DNA of 64,000 nucleotides from Novosphingobium sp. Its GTDB lineage: Bacteria; Pseudomonadota; Alphaproteobacteria; Sphingomonadales; Sphingomonadaceae. The DNA lies in contig JBQCGM010000110.1 of NCBI GenBank assembly GCA_051955585.1, forward strand, positions 17,495 to 81,494. Direction: 5' to 3'. The notes under the pieces are model-generated. The model was not told where the DNA came from and made no database searches. It saw only the letters and a program-made list of their open reading frames with translations. Made by a program: the position numbers and the translations under genes. Below, piece by piece: positions 47,056 to 57,179 of this stretch. Position 1 is the first letter of the stretch. Every line of letters begins with the position of its first letter.

Positions 47056-48099
47056 CTAAAGGGCCAGCGAAGCCAGGCTCAGGAAGATTCCCATCGAGGC
47101 GATGTCGCTGGCGGTGGTCAGGAAGATGCTCGAAGCGGTCGCCGGATCGGCTCCAAAACGCTTCAATATCAACGGAATTCCCGCCCCTGCGATCCCGCTG
47201 ATGGTGCAGGCGATGGTCATTGCCGCCAGGGCGACCAGACCGAAGCGGAACGGGTGCGGCTCGCCCTGCATCCAGGCATAGACCCACAGGCCAGCCCCCG
47301 CCGTGACGCCGACCAGCAGCCCGTTGAAGAAGCCCAGCGAGCCCTCCTTGATTACCAGCGAGCGGGCGCTGCCTTCCTTGATGTCGCCCAAGGTCATGCC
47401 GCGCAGGGCCACCGCCAGCGCCTGGCAGCCGGTATTCCCGGTCTGCCCGGCCATGACCGGCAGGAACACGGCCAGGATCACCAGGCGGCTCAGCGTGCCC
47501 TCGAACATGCCGACCACGGCGGCGGCGAGGAAGGCGGTGAGCAGGTTCACCTGGAGCCAGGGATGGCGCAGCAGCAGGCTGCGCTTGAGCGGGGTGGAGA
47601 GACGTTCCTCCTTTTCGACACCGACCATCGAGCCCGCCTGCGCCGAGATCTCGATCGCGCGATTGGCGAAGAGGTCTGGCCCGCGGACCAGGCCGACGAG
47701 CTTCCCCGCACGATCGGTCACCGGATAGACCGGAAAATGCCGGTCGAGCACTTCGCGCAGGGCATCGTCGAGCGGCGTGTCCCGCTTCAGCGTGAAGACG
47801 TCGCGCAGCATCAGCGATTCGAGCGTCTGGCTCGGCTCGGCCAGCAGCATCTCGCGCATGGCGATCAAGCCGAGCAGCTTGCCGTCGGGCGCGGTGACAT
47901 AGAGGTAGGTGATGAATGCCGTGCGGACCTGTTCGCGCAGCGCCTCGATTGCGGCAGCCACCGTGGTTTCCGGCGGGAACACCCCGACCGGAGCGCTCAT
48001 CAGGTCAGCGACCACCGGATCGCTCTTGGCCAGGGCGGCCTGGACCAGGTCCTGCACCGGCGCGGGCGCCGGAGCGGTCTGGATGCTTGCACTCGTCAC
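47056..48099 (-). CDS. mgtE: MgtE-family magnesium transporter lacking the N-terminal MgtE_N domain
   Basis: 347 aa with a CBS pair directly after a ~30-aa leader. Then the MgtE TM domain (...FLPVMAGQTGNTGCQALAV...TTASDIASMG...). Confidence 0.8.
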   Translation of the reverse strand: MTSASIQTAPAPAPVQDLVQAALAKSDPVVADLMSAPVGVFPPETTVAAAIEALREQVRTAFITYLYVTAPDGKLLGLIAMREMLLAEPSQTLESLMLRDVFTLKRDTPLDDALREVLDRHFPVYPVTDRAGKLVGLVRGPDLFANRAIEISAQAGSMVGVEKEERLSTPLKRSLLLRHPWLQVNLLTAFLAAAVVGMFEGTLSRLVILAVFLPVMAGQTGNTGCQALAVALRGMTLGDIKEGSARSLVIKEGSLGFFNGLLVGVTAGAGLWVYAWMQGEPHPFRFGLVALAAMTIACTISGIAGAGIPLILKRFGADPATASSIFLTTASDIASMGIFLSLASLAL

Positions 48100-48218
48100 G
48101 AAATCCCCCTTCGAAACGCGTCTGATCGGCGTGGCAGAATGACCGACCCGGGCGATAGGTCAAGCCGGGCTGGCCTTTGCCTCCCTCCCCGGCTAAGCGC
48201 GCAGCCAAACCCCGAGGG

Positions 48219-48304
48219 TCGTCATTGTGAACGGCGAAGTCGCGCCGCAATCCAGAGCAAGGTGCCCGGCGCCCTGGATTGCTTCGCTCCGCTCGCAATG
48301 ACGA
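48219..48304. repeat. palindromic REP/MITE-like element, family A copy 2 (inverted relative to copy 1)
   Basis: The reverse complement of the 31-nt arm 48274-48304 matches 6129-6159 at 30/31. The 37-nt arm 48219-48255 matches the reverse complement of 6179-6215 at 28/37. Confidence 0.8.
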
Positions 48305-48330
48305 GGCACGGCATGGAAGGAATGGACTAG

Positions 48331-49431
48331 ATGGGTTTCCGCTGCGGTATCGTCGGCCTGCCGAACGTCGGCAAGTCGACCCTGTTCAATGCCCTGACCG
48401 AGACGCAGGCGGCGCAGGCGGCGAACTATCCGTTCTGCACGATCGAACCCAATGTCGGCCAGGTCGGCGTGCCCGATCCGCGCCTCGACAAGCTGGCCGA
48501 GATCGCCGGCAGCCAGAAGATCATCCCGACCCAGCTCGGCTTCGTCGACATCGCCGGCCTGGTCCGCGGCGCCTCCAAGGGCGAAGGCCTGGGCAACCAG
48601 TTCCTCGGCAACATCCGCGAGGTCGACGCGGTCGTCCACGTGCTGCGCTGCTTCGAGAACGACGACATCCAGCACGTCGACAACAAGATCGATCCGATCT
48701 CGGATGCCGAGACGGTCGAGACGGAACTGATGCTCTCCGACCTCGAAAGCCTGGAAAAGCGCGTGCCCGCCGCCCAGAAGAAGGCGGCGCAAGGCGACAA
48801 GGAGGCGAAGGTCACGGCCTCGGTGCTCGGCCAGGCGCTCGACCTGCTGCGCGAAGGCAAGCCCGCCCGCCTTACCCAGCCACGCGACGACGACGAGGCC
48901 CGGGTTTTTGCGCAGGCCCAGCTGCTCACCGCCAAGCCGGTGCTCTACGTCTGCAACGTCGAGGAAGAGAGCGCCGCCACCGGCAACGCCTTCTCCGCCA
49001 AGGTCTTCGAAAAGGCCAAGGCCGAGGGTGCCGAGGCGGTGATCGTCTCCGCCGCGATCGAGGCCGAGCTCGTCGGCATGGAGCCCGAGGAGCGCATGGT
49101 GTTCCTGGAAGAGCTGGGCCTCAAGGAAACCGGCCTCGCCCGCATCATCCGCGCCGGCTACGACCTGCTGCACCTGCTGACCTTCTTCACCGTCGGCCCC
49201 AAGGAAGCCCGGGCCTGGACCGTCCACCAGGGCGCCAAGGCCCCTGAAGCCGCGGGGGAGATCCACTCCGACATGCAGCGCGGCTTCATTCGCGCCGAGA
49301 CCATTGCCTATGCCGACTACATCGCGCTGAAAGGCGAGGCGGGCGCCAAGGAAGCGGGCAAGCTCCGCCAGGAAGGCAAGGAATACGTGGTCCAGGACGG
49401 CGACTGCATGCACTTCAAGTTCAACGTGTGA
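48331..49431 (+). CDS. ychF: redox-regulated ATPase YchF
   Basis: 366 aa. GIVGLPNVGKSTLFNALT, ...FVDIAGLVRGASKGEGLGNQFL..., and a TGS domain at the C-terminus. Confidence 0.93.
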   Translation: MGFRCGIVGLPNVGKSTLFNALTETQAAQAANYPFCTIEPNVGQVGVPDPRLDKLAEIAGSQKIIPTQLGFVDIAGLVRGASKGEGLGNQFLGNIREVDAVVHVLRCFENDDIQHVDNKIDPISDAETVETELMLSDLESLEKRVPAAQKKAAQGDKEAKVTASVLGQALDLLREGKPARLTQPRDDDEARVFAQAQLLTAKPVLYVCNVEEESAATGNAFSAKVFEKAKAEGAEAVIVSAAIEAELVGMEPEERMVFLEELGLKETGLARIIRAGYDLLHLLTFFTVGPKEARAWTVHQGAKAPEAAGEIHSDMQRGFIRAETIAYADYIALKGEAGAKEAGKLRQEGKEYVVQDGDCMHFKFNV

Positions 49432-49663
49432 GTTCCTCGCCAAACGCCGTCACAGTTTGATTCGGCGCACATGACCTGTGCGTGGTCGCCAGTCTCGCCT
49501 TCCAGCGGTTCTGGCCAAAACCATCGAGGCCCTGCCGCGCTTTCCGACCGGCCCGGGCCGGCGCCGGGCGTTCCCCCATGCCAAACCCGCTACGCCAAAG
49601 CCTCGTTACGGGACCAGTCCGACCCGCTACACGTTGTTCGCCAAGATCGCTGGAGAGCGGACG

Positions 49664-50113
49664 ATGCAATATTTCGAAGACCTCGAAGTCGGTCGCAAGC
49701 ACCGCTTCGGCTGCTACGAGGTCACGCGCGAAGACGTGATCGAATTCGCCGCCCGTTTCGATCCCCAGCCCTTCCACCTCAGCGACGGGGCCGCGGCCGA
49801 GACCCATTTCGGCCGCCTTTCTGCCAGTGGCTGGCACACTTGTGCGATGACCATGGCGATGATGGTCGAGCACATGAAGCACAACGAACATGCCGGCCTG
49901 GGCGCGGCGGGGATCGACGAACTGCGCTGGCGCCGTCCGGTCTATCCGGGCGACACGCTGCGCTGCGAAATCGAGATCTTGGAAAAGACCCGGAGCCGTT
50001 CGCGGCCCGAGATGGGCTCGTTCCGGCAAGCAATGAAGGTGTTCAACCAGCATGACGAGGTGGTCATGACCTTCACCTCGCTGGGCCTGATCCGGGCACG
50101 CGGGACCGACTAG
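49664..50113 (+). CDS. MaoC-like (R)-hydratase hot-dog fold protein
   Basis: 149 aa. MQYFEDLEVGRKHRFG...FAARFDPQPFHLSD.... Confidence 0.75.
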   Translation: MQYFEDLEVGRKHRFGCYEVTREDVIEFAARFDPQPFHLSDGAAAETHFGRLSASGWHTCAMTMAMMVEHMKHNEHAGLGAAGIDELRWRRPVYPGDTLRCEIEILEKTRSRSRPEMGSFRQAMKVFNQHDEVVMTFTSLGLIRARGTD

Positions 50114-50610
50114 GCCCCGCAGCGCAGCTTCCCACTGCTCATGTAGACGATCCGGTCATGCTGGTCGGTCGCGGTCAGCCTGGCGGTCCATTCCATGCGG
50201 TTCTGGCTCTGGAGATCACCCGCACCCCCGGCCTCGATCCGTAGCGAACCGGCCTTGCCGACGTAGTGGGTCCAGGTGCCGAGCGGCAGTTGCGTGCTGC
50301 CCGGATCGGAGGCGAAGCTTGTGAGGTTGCGGCCGAGCTTCATCGCCGCCCGCTTGGTCCGGGCCACGAGCACCGGATCACTCTGCCCTTCCGGTTCGAA
50401 GGTGCAACCCGCATCGAGCAAGCCGGCGCGCTGGAGATCGGCTGGCGTGATCGGCTGCGGCGCAAGCGGCTGGGGCGGCGGATAGCGCCGGTTCGCCGCT
50501 TCGACCTGGGCGATCGCCTTTTCGTCCGCGATGGCCTGTTCGGCGGGCGTAGGCTCTCTGTCGCAGCCTGCTAGCGCCAGGACGAGAAGGATGGTCCGGG
50601 ACGAGCGCAT
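50110..50610 (-). CDS. hypothetical lipoprotein
   Basis: MRSSRTILLVLALAGC lipobox. Its start overlaps the mutL stop by 1 nt. Its stop overlaps the convergent maoC-like stop (CTAG). Confidence 0.55.
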   Translation of the reverse strand: MRSSRTILLVLALAGCDREPTPAEQAIADEKAIAQVEAANRRYPPPQPLAPQPITPADLQRAGLLDAGCTFEPEGQSDPVLVARTKRAAMKLGRNLTSFASDPGSTQLPLGTWTHYVGKAGSLRIEAGGAGDLQSQNRMEWTARLTATDQHDRIVYMSSGKLRCGA

Positions 50611-52397
50611 TACTTCCTCCCGAACAGCTTCTCGATATCGCCGTGGGCCAGTTTCACCCAGGTCGGGCGGCCGGGGTTGCACTGGCCCGAACCCGGCGTG
50701 CGCTCCATCTCGCGCCGCACGGCGTTCATCTCGGCGCCGGACAGCGTGCGACCGGCGCGAACCGAGCCGTGGCAGGCCATGGTGGCCAGCACCAGGTCAA
50801 GCTTCTCGCCGAGCAGCAGCGCATCGCCGTGATGGGCAAGGTCGTCGGCGATGTCGCGAACCAGCGCATGCACGTCGCCCTTGGCAAGCACGCTCGGCAC
50901 GGCGCGGACGAGCATGGCAGCCGGCCCGAAGCGCTCGATGGCAAGGCCCATGTCGGCGAAGGTCGTGGCGTGTCCTTCGAGCCGGTCGCAGGCCGGTTCG
51001 TCGAGTTCGACCACCTCGGGCATCAGCAGGGCCTGGCTGGCCGCGACGGTCTTCCCCGCGCCGGCCCCCTTGAGCCGTTCGAGGACCAGGCGCTCGTGCG
51101 CGGCATGTTGGTCGACAATGACCAGACCGTCCGATGCCTCGGCGATGATATAGGTATTGGCAACCTGTCCCCGCGCCACGCCGAGCGGAAACTCTGCCGC
51201 TTCCTCGGTCAGCGGGGTGGCGATCTCGGCCTGGGCGGCGGGCGCCAAAATGGTTTCCTCATAGCCGCGCCAGACTTGCCCGGCCTCGGTCACCCGCGAC
51301 ACTGGCTGCGCAAAGCGGGCAAACAGACTCTCGGAGCGCGGCGCCGGGCTGGCCTGCGGCTCGACCTGCCAGTTGCCCATTGCCGAAGCTGCCGGCGCCT
51401 GGGCGCTGCGTTGGGCCGCGCCGTCGAGCGCGTGGCGCAGGCCGCTGACGATGAAGCCGCGGACGAAGGCTGGATCGCGGAAACGGACCTCGGTCTTGGC
51501 CGGGTGGACATTGACGTCGACGTCCTGCGGCGGAAGTTCGAGGAACAGCGCCAATACCGCGTGACGGTCGCGCGCCAACAGGTCCGCATAGGCCCCGCGC
51601 ACCGCGCCGATCAGCAGGCGGTCCTTCACCGGACGGCCGTTGACGAACAGATATTGGTGGTCTGCCACGCCGCGGTTGAAGGTCGGCAGGCCGGCCACAC
51701 CGAGCAGCCGGGCCGATCCGCGCTCGAGGTCGATCACCACGCCGTCCTCGGCCAGTTCGCGCGCGACGATCCTGGCAACGCGGCTCGCCAGGTCCTCGCC
51801 GGACTGAACCGCCAGGACGCGGCGCCCGTCGTGCTCCAAGGTAAAGCCCACCTCGGGCCGGGCCATGGCCAGGCGGCGCACGACATCCAGGCAGGCGGCA
51901 TATTCGCGGCGCGCCGAACGCAGGAACTTGCGGCGTGCCGGCACGCGGGCAAACAGGTCCTCGACCCGGATCCGGCTGCCCGGTGGGAGTGCGGCGGGAC
52001 CTTCCTCAGCAACCGCCCCGTGATCGACGACGCGGCGCCAGCCTTCCTCGCCGCGCGGACGGCTCTCGACGGTCAGCTTGGACACGCTGGCGATCGAAGG
52101 CAGCGCCTCGCCGCGGAAGCCCAAGGTGGCGACCAGTTCGATATCCTCGTCGGGCAACTTGGAAGTGGCGTGGCGTTCCAGCGCAAGGGCAATCTCGTCG
52201 GGCCGCATCCCGCAGCCGTCGTCGGTCACTTCGATCAGGTCGAGACCGCCCGCGGCCAGCCTGACCGCAATCGAAGCAGCACCCGCATCGACCGCATTCT
52301 CCACCAATTCCTTGAGGGCGGCCGCCGGCCGTTCGACCACTTCGCCGGCGGCGATACGGTTGATCAAGCTATCAGGTAGGCGGCGGATCGTGGGCAC
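50610..52397 (-). CDS. mutL: DNA mismatch repair protein MutL
   Basis: 595 aa. ...INRIAAGEVVERPAAALKELVENAVDAGA... GHKL ATPase N-terminus and a MutL C-terminal dimerisation domain. Confidence 0.92.
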   Translation of the reverse strand: MPTIRRLPDSLINRIAAGEVVERPAAALKELVENAVDAGAASIAVRLAAGGLDLIEVTDDGCGMRPDEIALALERHATSKLPDEDIELVATLGFRGEALPSIASVSKLTVESRPRGEEGWRRVVDHGAVAEEGPAALPPGSRIRVEDLFARVPARRKFLRSARREYAACLDVVRRLAMARPEVGFTLEHDGRRVLAVQSGEDLASRVARIVARELAEDGVVIDLERGSARLLGVAGLPTFNRGVADHQYLFVNGRPVKDRLLIGAVRGAYADLLARDRHAVLALFLELPPQDVDVNVHPAKTEVRFRDPAFVRGFIVSGLRHALDGAAQRSAQAPAASAMGNWQVEPQASPAPRSESLFARFAQPVSRVTEAGQVWRGYEETILAPAAQAEIATPLTEEAAEFPLGVARGQVANTYIIAEASDGLVIVDQHAAHERLVLERLKGAGAGKTVAASQALLMPEVVELDEPACDRLEGHATTFADMGLAIERFGPAAMLVRAVPSVLAKGDVHALVRDIADDLAHHGDALLLGEKLDLVLATMACHGSVRAGRTLSGAEMNAVRREMERTPGSGQCNPGRPTWVKLAHGDIEKLFGRK

Positions 52398-52581
52398 CGT
52401 CCGAACCTAGCGGTGAGTTGCGAGAATTTCGAGCCGACCCGCAGGCTTACCCGCCGCTTTCGACACAAATTTTTGGCGTTCCACCGATCCCTGCGCTAAG
52501 CAGCCGCGGTTCCTTCACCCGTCCGGTGCCCGGCGGCCTGCAACAGGCGCTCAAAGCACTGGAAAAATCACGGAAAACTAA

Positions 52582-53628
<1,047 letters not shown>

Positions 53629-53693
53629 TCGCGCGGACGGATCGCACATTGCCTCCTGGCGGGGCGCTTAAGCACTAGGGGGAGACGGCACCT

Positions 53694-54593
53694 ATGGCGC
53701 CGCCATCCAATCGGCGCACCGGCTTTTCTCGCAGGGCGCAGTACACGACCTTCTTCGGCTACATCGCCGCCGGGCTAGGCGCGCTCGGCGGCGGCGCACT
53801 GCTGATTGCCTCGCTGGGGGAACCCTCGCGCTTTTCTGGCGCGCGCAGCGCTGCGACTGATCTCACCGCGCCCGTCGCCCGGGCCGCGGCGGCCGGCACT
53901 GCCAAGGGCAGCAGCTTCTTCGCGGCAGTCGGAGGATATTTCGCCGCTGGCCGCAAGAACGCCGAGCTGCGCCGGGAAGTGGAGCATGCCCGGGTCAAGC
54001 TCGTCGAGGCGCAAGCCGTGGCCGAAGAGAACCGGCGGCTGAAGGAATTGCTGGGCTTGGCGCGGCAGGATCCCAAGCCCGTAGCGATCGCGGCAATGAT
54101 CGGGTCGACCTCGTCGAGCACGCGTCGCTTCGCCACGATCTCCGCGGGGGCAAACCATGGCGTCGCCGTCGGTATGCCGGTCCGTTCGCCGCTAGGACTG
54201 GTCGGGCGCGTACTCGAAGTCGGCAGAACGACCTCGCGGGTCCTGTTGATAACCGACCCGGAGAACGTCGTACCGGTCCGCCGCGCCAGCGACGGTATCG
54301 CCGCTTTTGCGACCGGCCGGGCCGACGGCATGCTCCAGCTCCGTCTGATCAATCTGGGCATCAATCCCCTCAAGCGCGGCGACGTGATCGTGACCTCGGG
54401 TTCGGGGGGGCTGTACCGCCCCGGCACCGCCGTCGCGGTGGTCGATCGGCTGTTGCCCGATGGTGCGATTGCCCGTGTCCTCGCCGATCCCGGCGCGACC
54501 GAATTCGTGACGGTCGAACCGATCTGGAACCAGATGGCTCCGCCCGAAACCCGATCAATCGCCAACCCTTCCCAAAGCGGCGCGCGGAAATGA
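53694..54593 (+). CDS. mreC: rod shape-determining protein MreC
   Basis: Position after mreB. N-terminal TM, coiled coil (...ELRREVEHARVKLVEAQAVAEENRRLKELL...) and beta-rich C-terminal domain. Confidence 0.8.
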   Translation: MAPPSNRRTGFSRRAQYTTFFGYIAAGLGALGGGALLIASLGEPSRFSGARSAATDLTAPVARAAAAGTAKGSSFFAAVGGYFAAGRKNAELRREVEHARVKLVEAQAVAEENRRLKELLGLARQDPKPVAIAAMIGSTSSSTRRFATISAGANHGVAVGMPVRSPLGLVGRVLEVGRTTSRVLLITDPENVVPVRRASDGIAAFATGRADGMLQLRLINLGINPLKRGDVIVTSGSGGLYRPGTAVAVVDRLLPDGAIARVLADPGATEFVTVEPIWNQMAPPETRSIANPSQSGARK

Positions 54594-55141
54594 TCCAGTC
54601 GCGGCTCCAGCGCCAGCTTTCCGATCCATTCCGCAAGAAGATCAATCGCGCGCCCTCGCCCGTGCTGGCGATCCTGGTGCCATGGCTTACGGTCATGCTC
54701 GGCTCGCTGAGCCCCACCTGGCCGCTGATCGCCTCGGCTCCGCTGCTGCCGCCGCTGGGCTTCCTGATCCTGCTCGCCTGGCGCCAGTTGCGCCCCGGTC
54801 TGCTCCCGATCTGGGCCGGGCTACCGCTGGGCCTGTTCGACGATCTCTATAGCGGGCAGCCACTGGGCAGCGCGGTGGTGCTTTGGTCGATGACGCTGAT
54901 CGCGCTGGAGATCATCGAGCTGCGCTTTCCCTGGCGCAATTTCTTCATCGACTGGTTGGTCGCCGCGGCGCTGATCCTGGTCTACCTGCCGACAGCTATG
55001 GGCCTGGCGACGGGCGCGGCGCCTTCGTTCCTGGTACTCGCGCCCCAGCTGCTGCAGTCCGTTTTGGCTTATCCGCTGATCGGACGCCTGGTGGCGTTGT
55101 TCGATCGATTCCGCCTGGTCGGGTTCAGGTCGCTGGGCTGA
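54590..55141 (+). CDS. mreD: rod shape-determining protein MreD
   Basis: Small polytopic membrane protein. ATGA overlap with mreC. Its stop overlaps the mrdA start by 1 nt. Confidence 0.7.
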   Translation: MIQSRLQRQLSDPFRKKINRAPSPVLAILVPWLTVMLGSLSPTWPLIASAPLLPPLGFLILLAWRQLRPGLLPIWAGLPLGLFDDLYSGQPLGSAVVLWSMTLIALEIIELRFPWRNFFIDWLVAAALILVYLPTAMGLATGAAPSFLVLAPQLLQSVLAYPLIGRLVALFDRFRLVGFRSLG

Positions 55142-57177
55142 TGGCGCTGATTACTTCGGGAACTCTGAAGAACAGCTTCGACCGGCGAAGCGTCGTCCTG
55201 GGTGCGCTGCAGGGCGGTCTGGGCGTGGCCCTGGCGACGCGCATGGGCTACATCGCGCTGTTCGAGAACGAGCGCTACAAGATGCTCGCCGAGAGCAATC
55301 GCGTGAACCTGTCGCTCATTCCGCCGCGACGCGGTTGGATCCTCGATCGCCATGGCGAGCCGCTCGCTTCGAACCGCGCCGATTTCCGGGTCGACCTCAT
55401 TCCCGAACGCGTCGTCGAGGCCGACAAGACCATCGCCGAACTGGGCAAGCTGCTGGGCCTCAGCGAGGCCGAGATGCAGGACATCGAAGACAAGATGGAC
55501 AAGGCCCGGGGATTTGCCACGGTCGAGGTCTCCTCTCGGGTCGACGCGGACCGTTACGCCGCGGTCAGCGTGCGTCTGCCCGACCTACCCGGCGTGATCC
55601 CGCAGCGCGGCTTTTCGCGGTTCTATCCTACCGGCCCCGCGGTCGCCCACCTGGTCGGCTACGTCGGCCCCGCCTCGGCCGAGGAATACGCGAAGGACAA
55701 GAACCCGCTGCTCATCACCCCCGGTTACAAGGTCGGCAAGGACGGACTGGAGAAGCATTTCGAGACGACCCTGCGCGGCGTCCCCGGGGCGCGGCGCACG
55801 GAGGTGACGGCGAGCGGCAAGGTCGTCCGCGATCTCGACATGCGCGAGGACGTGCCGGGCAAGCCGATCAAGCTGACTATCGACGGCGCCCTTCAGGATT
55901 ACGCCGCACGGCGCATCGGCCTCGAATCCGCCGCGGTCGTGGTGATCGACTGCGAGACCGGGGGAATCCTCGCGAATTGCTCGATGCCGGCCTTCGACCC
56001 CAATGCGTTCGTCGGCGGGATCGGCCGCCTGCAATGGAAGATGCTCAACGAGGATGACCATATCCCCTTGCTCAACAAGGCGATGCGCGGCCTCTATCCA
56101 CCCGGCTCGACGATGAAGCCGATGGCGACCCTCGCCCTCCAGCTCGCCGGGGTCGATCCTAAGGAACGCATAACCTGCCCCGGGGGCTATCGGCTGGGCA
56201 GCCGCTTCTTCCGTTGCGACGCGGTTCACGGCTCGGTCGATATGCGCCAGGCGATCGAGCACAGCTGCAACACCTATTTTTGGGCGATGTCGCACCGCGT
56301 CGGCTACGACGCCATCGCGCCGATCGCCAAGTTGCTCGGCCTCGGCCAGGAGTTCGACCTGCCGGGCACCGCCCAGCGCTACGGCACGATCCCCGACGCG
56401 GCCTGGAAGATGCGCCGCTACAAGCAGGAATGGAGCGCGGCGGATTCGCTCAATGCCTCGATCGGCCAGGGCTACGTTTCGGTTTCGCCGCTGCAACTGG
56501 CGGTGATGACGGCGCGGATCGCCTCGGGCAAGAACCTCCAGCCCTCGCTGATGTTCGGTCAGCCCAAGCCGCTGGGCAAGCCGCTGCCCTTCACGCCCGA
56601 ACAGCTTCAGGTTGCCCATGACGGCATGTTCGCCGTGGTCAACGGCAGCGGCACCGGTGTGGGCAGCAAGATCGACATCGGCGGCGTGAAGATGGCCGGC
56701 AAGACGGGCACGGCCCAAGTCCGAGCCCTCGTCGCGCGCGGCCACGTCGGGGATTGGAAGTCGCGCGACCACTCGCTGTTCATCGCCTATGCGCCGACCG
56801 ACAAGCCGCGTTACGCGATGGCGGTTGTGGTGGAACACGGCATCTGGGGCGCCCGCGCCGCCGCGCCGATCGCCAAGGACGTGATTACCTATCTCTACGA
56901 TCCGGCCCGGGCCTGGGCGACCCTCCTGGAGCTCGAAAAGGGCTGGGGCGGCACTCCGCAGCAGCGGATGGAGGCCAAGTACCGTTCGTTCGTCTCACAG
57001 GCTGGCGTGTCGGCCCCCAAGGTCGGCGACGACCAGGCGGTCAAGGCCGCGATCATCAAGGCCGATAATACCGAGGCCCCGGTCGACGCCGTCGGCACCA
57101 CGCCCGACACCGCGCGCGAAGAGCCGAGCGACACGTCTACGACGACGCCTGCCGCTCCATCGACAAAGGCGCCCTGA
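55141..57177 (+). CDS. mrdA: penicillin-binding protein 2 (elongasome transpeptidase)
   Basis: Motifs STMKP (SxxK), SCN and KTGTAQ. Low-complexity Thr/Pro/Ala C-terminal tail. Confidence 0.9.
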   Translation: MALITSGTLKNSFDRRSVVLGALQGGLGVALATRMGYIALFENERYKMLAESNRVNLSLIPPRRGWILDRHGEPLASNRADFRVDLIPERVVEADKTIAELGKLLGLSEAEMQDIEDKMDKARGFATVEVSSRVDADRYAAVSVRLPDLPGVIPQRGFSRFYPTGPAVAHLVGYVGPASAEEYAKDKNPLLITPGYKVGKDGLEKHFETTLRGVPGARRTEVTASGKVVRDLDMREDVPGKPIKLTIDGALQDYAARRIGLESAAVVVIDCETGGILANCSMPAFDPNAFVGGIGRLQWKMLNEDDHIPLLNKAMRGLYPPGSTMKPMATLALQLAGVDPKERITCPGGYRLGSRFFRCDAVHGSVDMRQAIEHSCNTYFWAMSHRVGYDAIAPIAKLLGLGQEFDLPGTAQRYGTIPDAAWKMRRYKQEWSAADSLNASIGQGYVSVSPLQLAVMTARIASGKNLQPSLMFGQPKPLGKPLPFTPEQLQVAHDGMFAVVNGSGTGVGSKIDIGGVKMAGKTGTAQVRALVARGHVGDWKSRDHSLFIAYAPTDKPRYAMAVVVEHGIWGARAAAPIAKDVITYLYDPARAWATLLELEKGWGGTPQQRMEAKYRSFVSQAGVSAPKVGDDQAVKAAIIKADNTEAPVDAVGTTPDTAREEPSDTSTTTPAAPSTKAP

Positions 57178-57179
57178 AA

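Noticed and set aside
45281-47287. 668-aa ORF on the - strand. Similar long ORFs occur at 8378..9931(-), 24860..26905(+), 24597..25988(-), 48193..49443(-), 52447..53649(-), 55585..56838(-), 56895..58394(-), 60145..61788(+), 19822-region antisense frames, and others.
   Set aside because: Each lies antisense to, or out of frame with, a gene that has strong family motifs (rplY/pth, parE, MFS, ychF, mreB, mrdA, rodA, BVMO). Their translations are Arg/Ala/Gly/Pro-rich low-complexity strings, which is typical of stop-codon-poor frames in high-G+C DNA.
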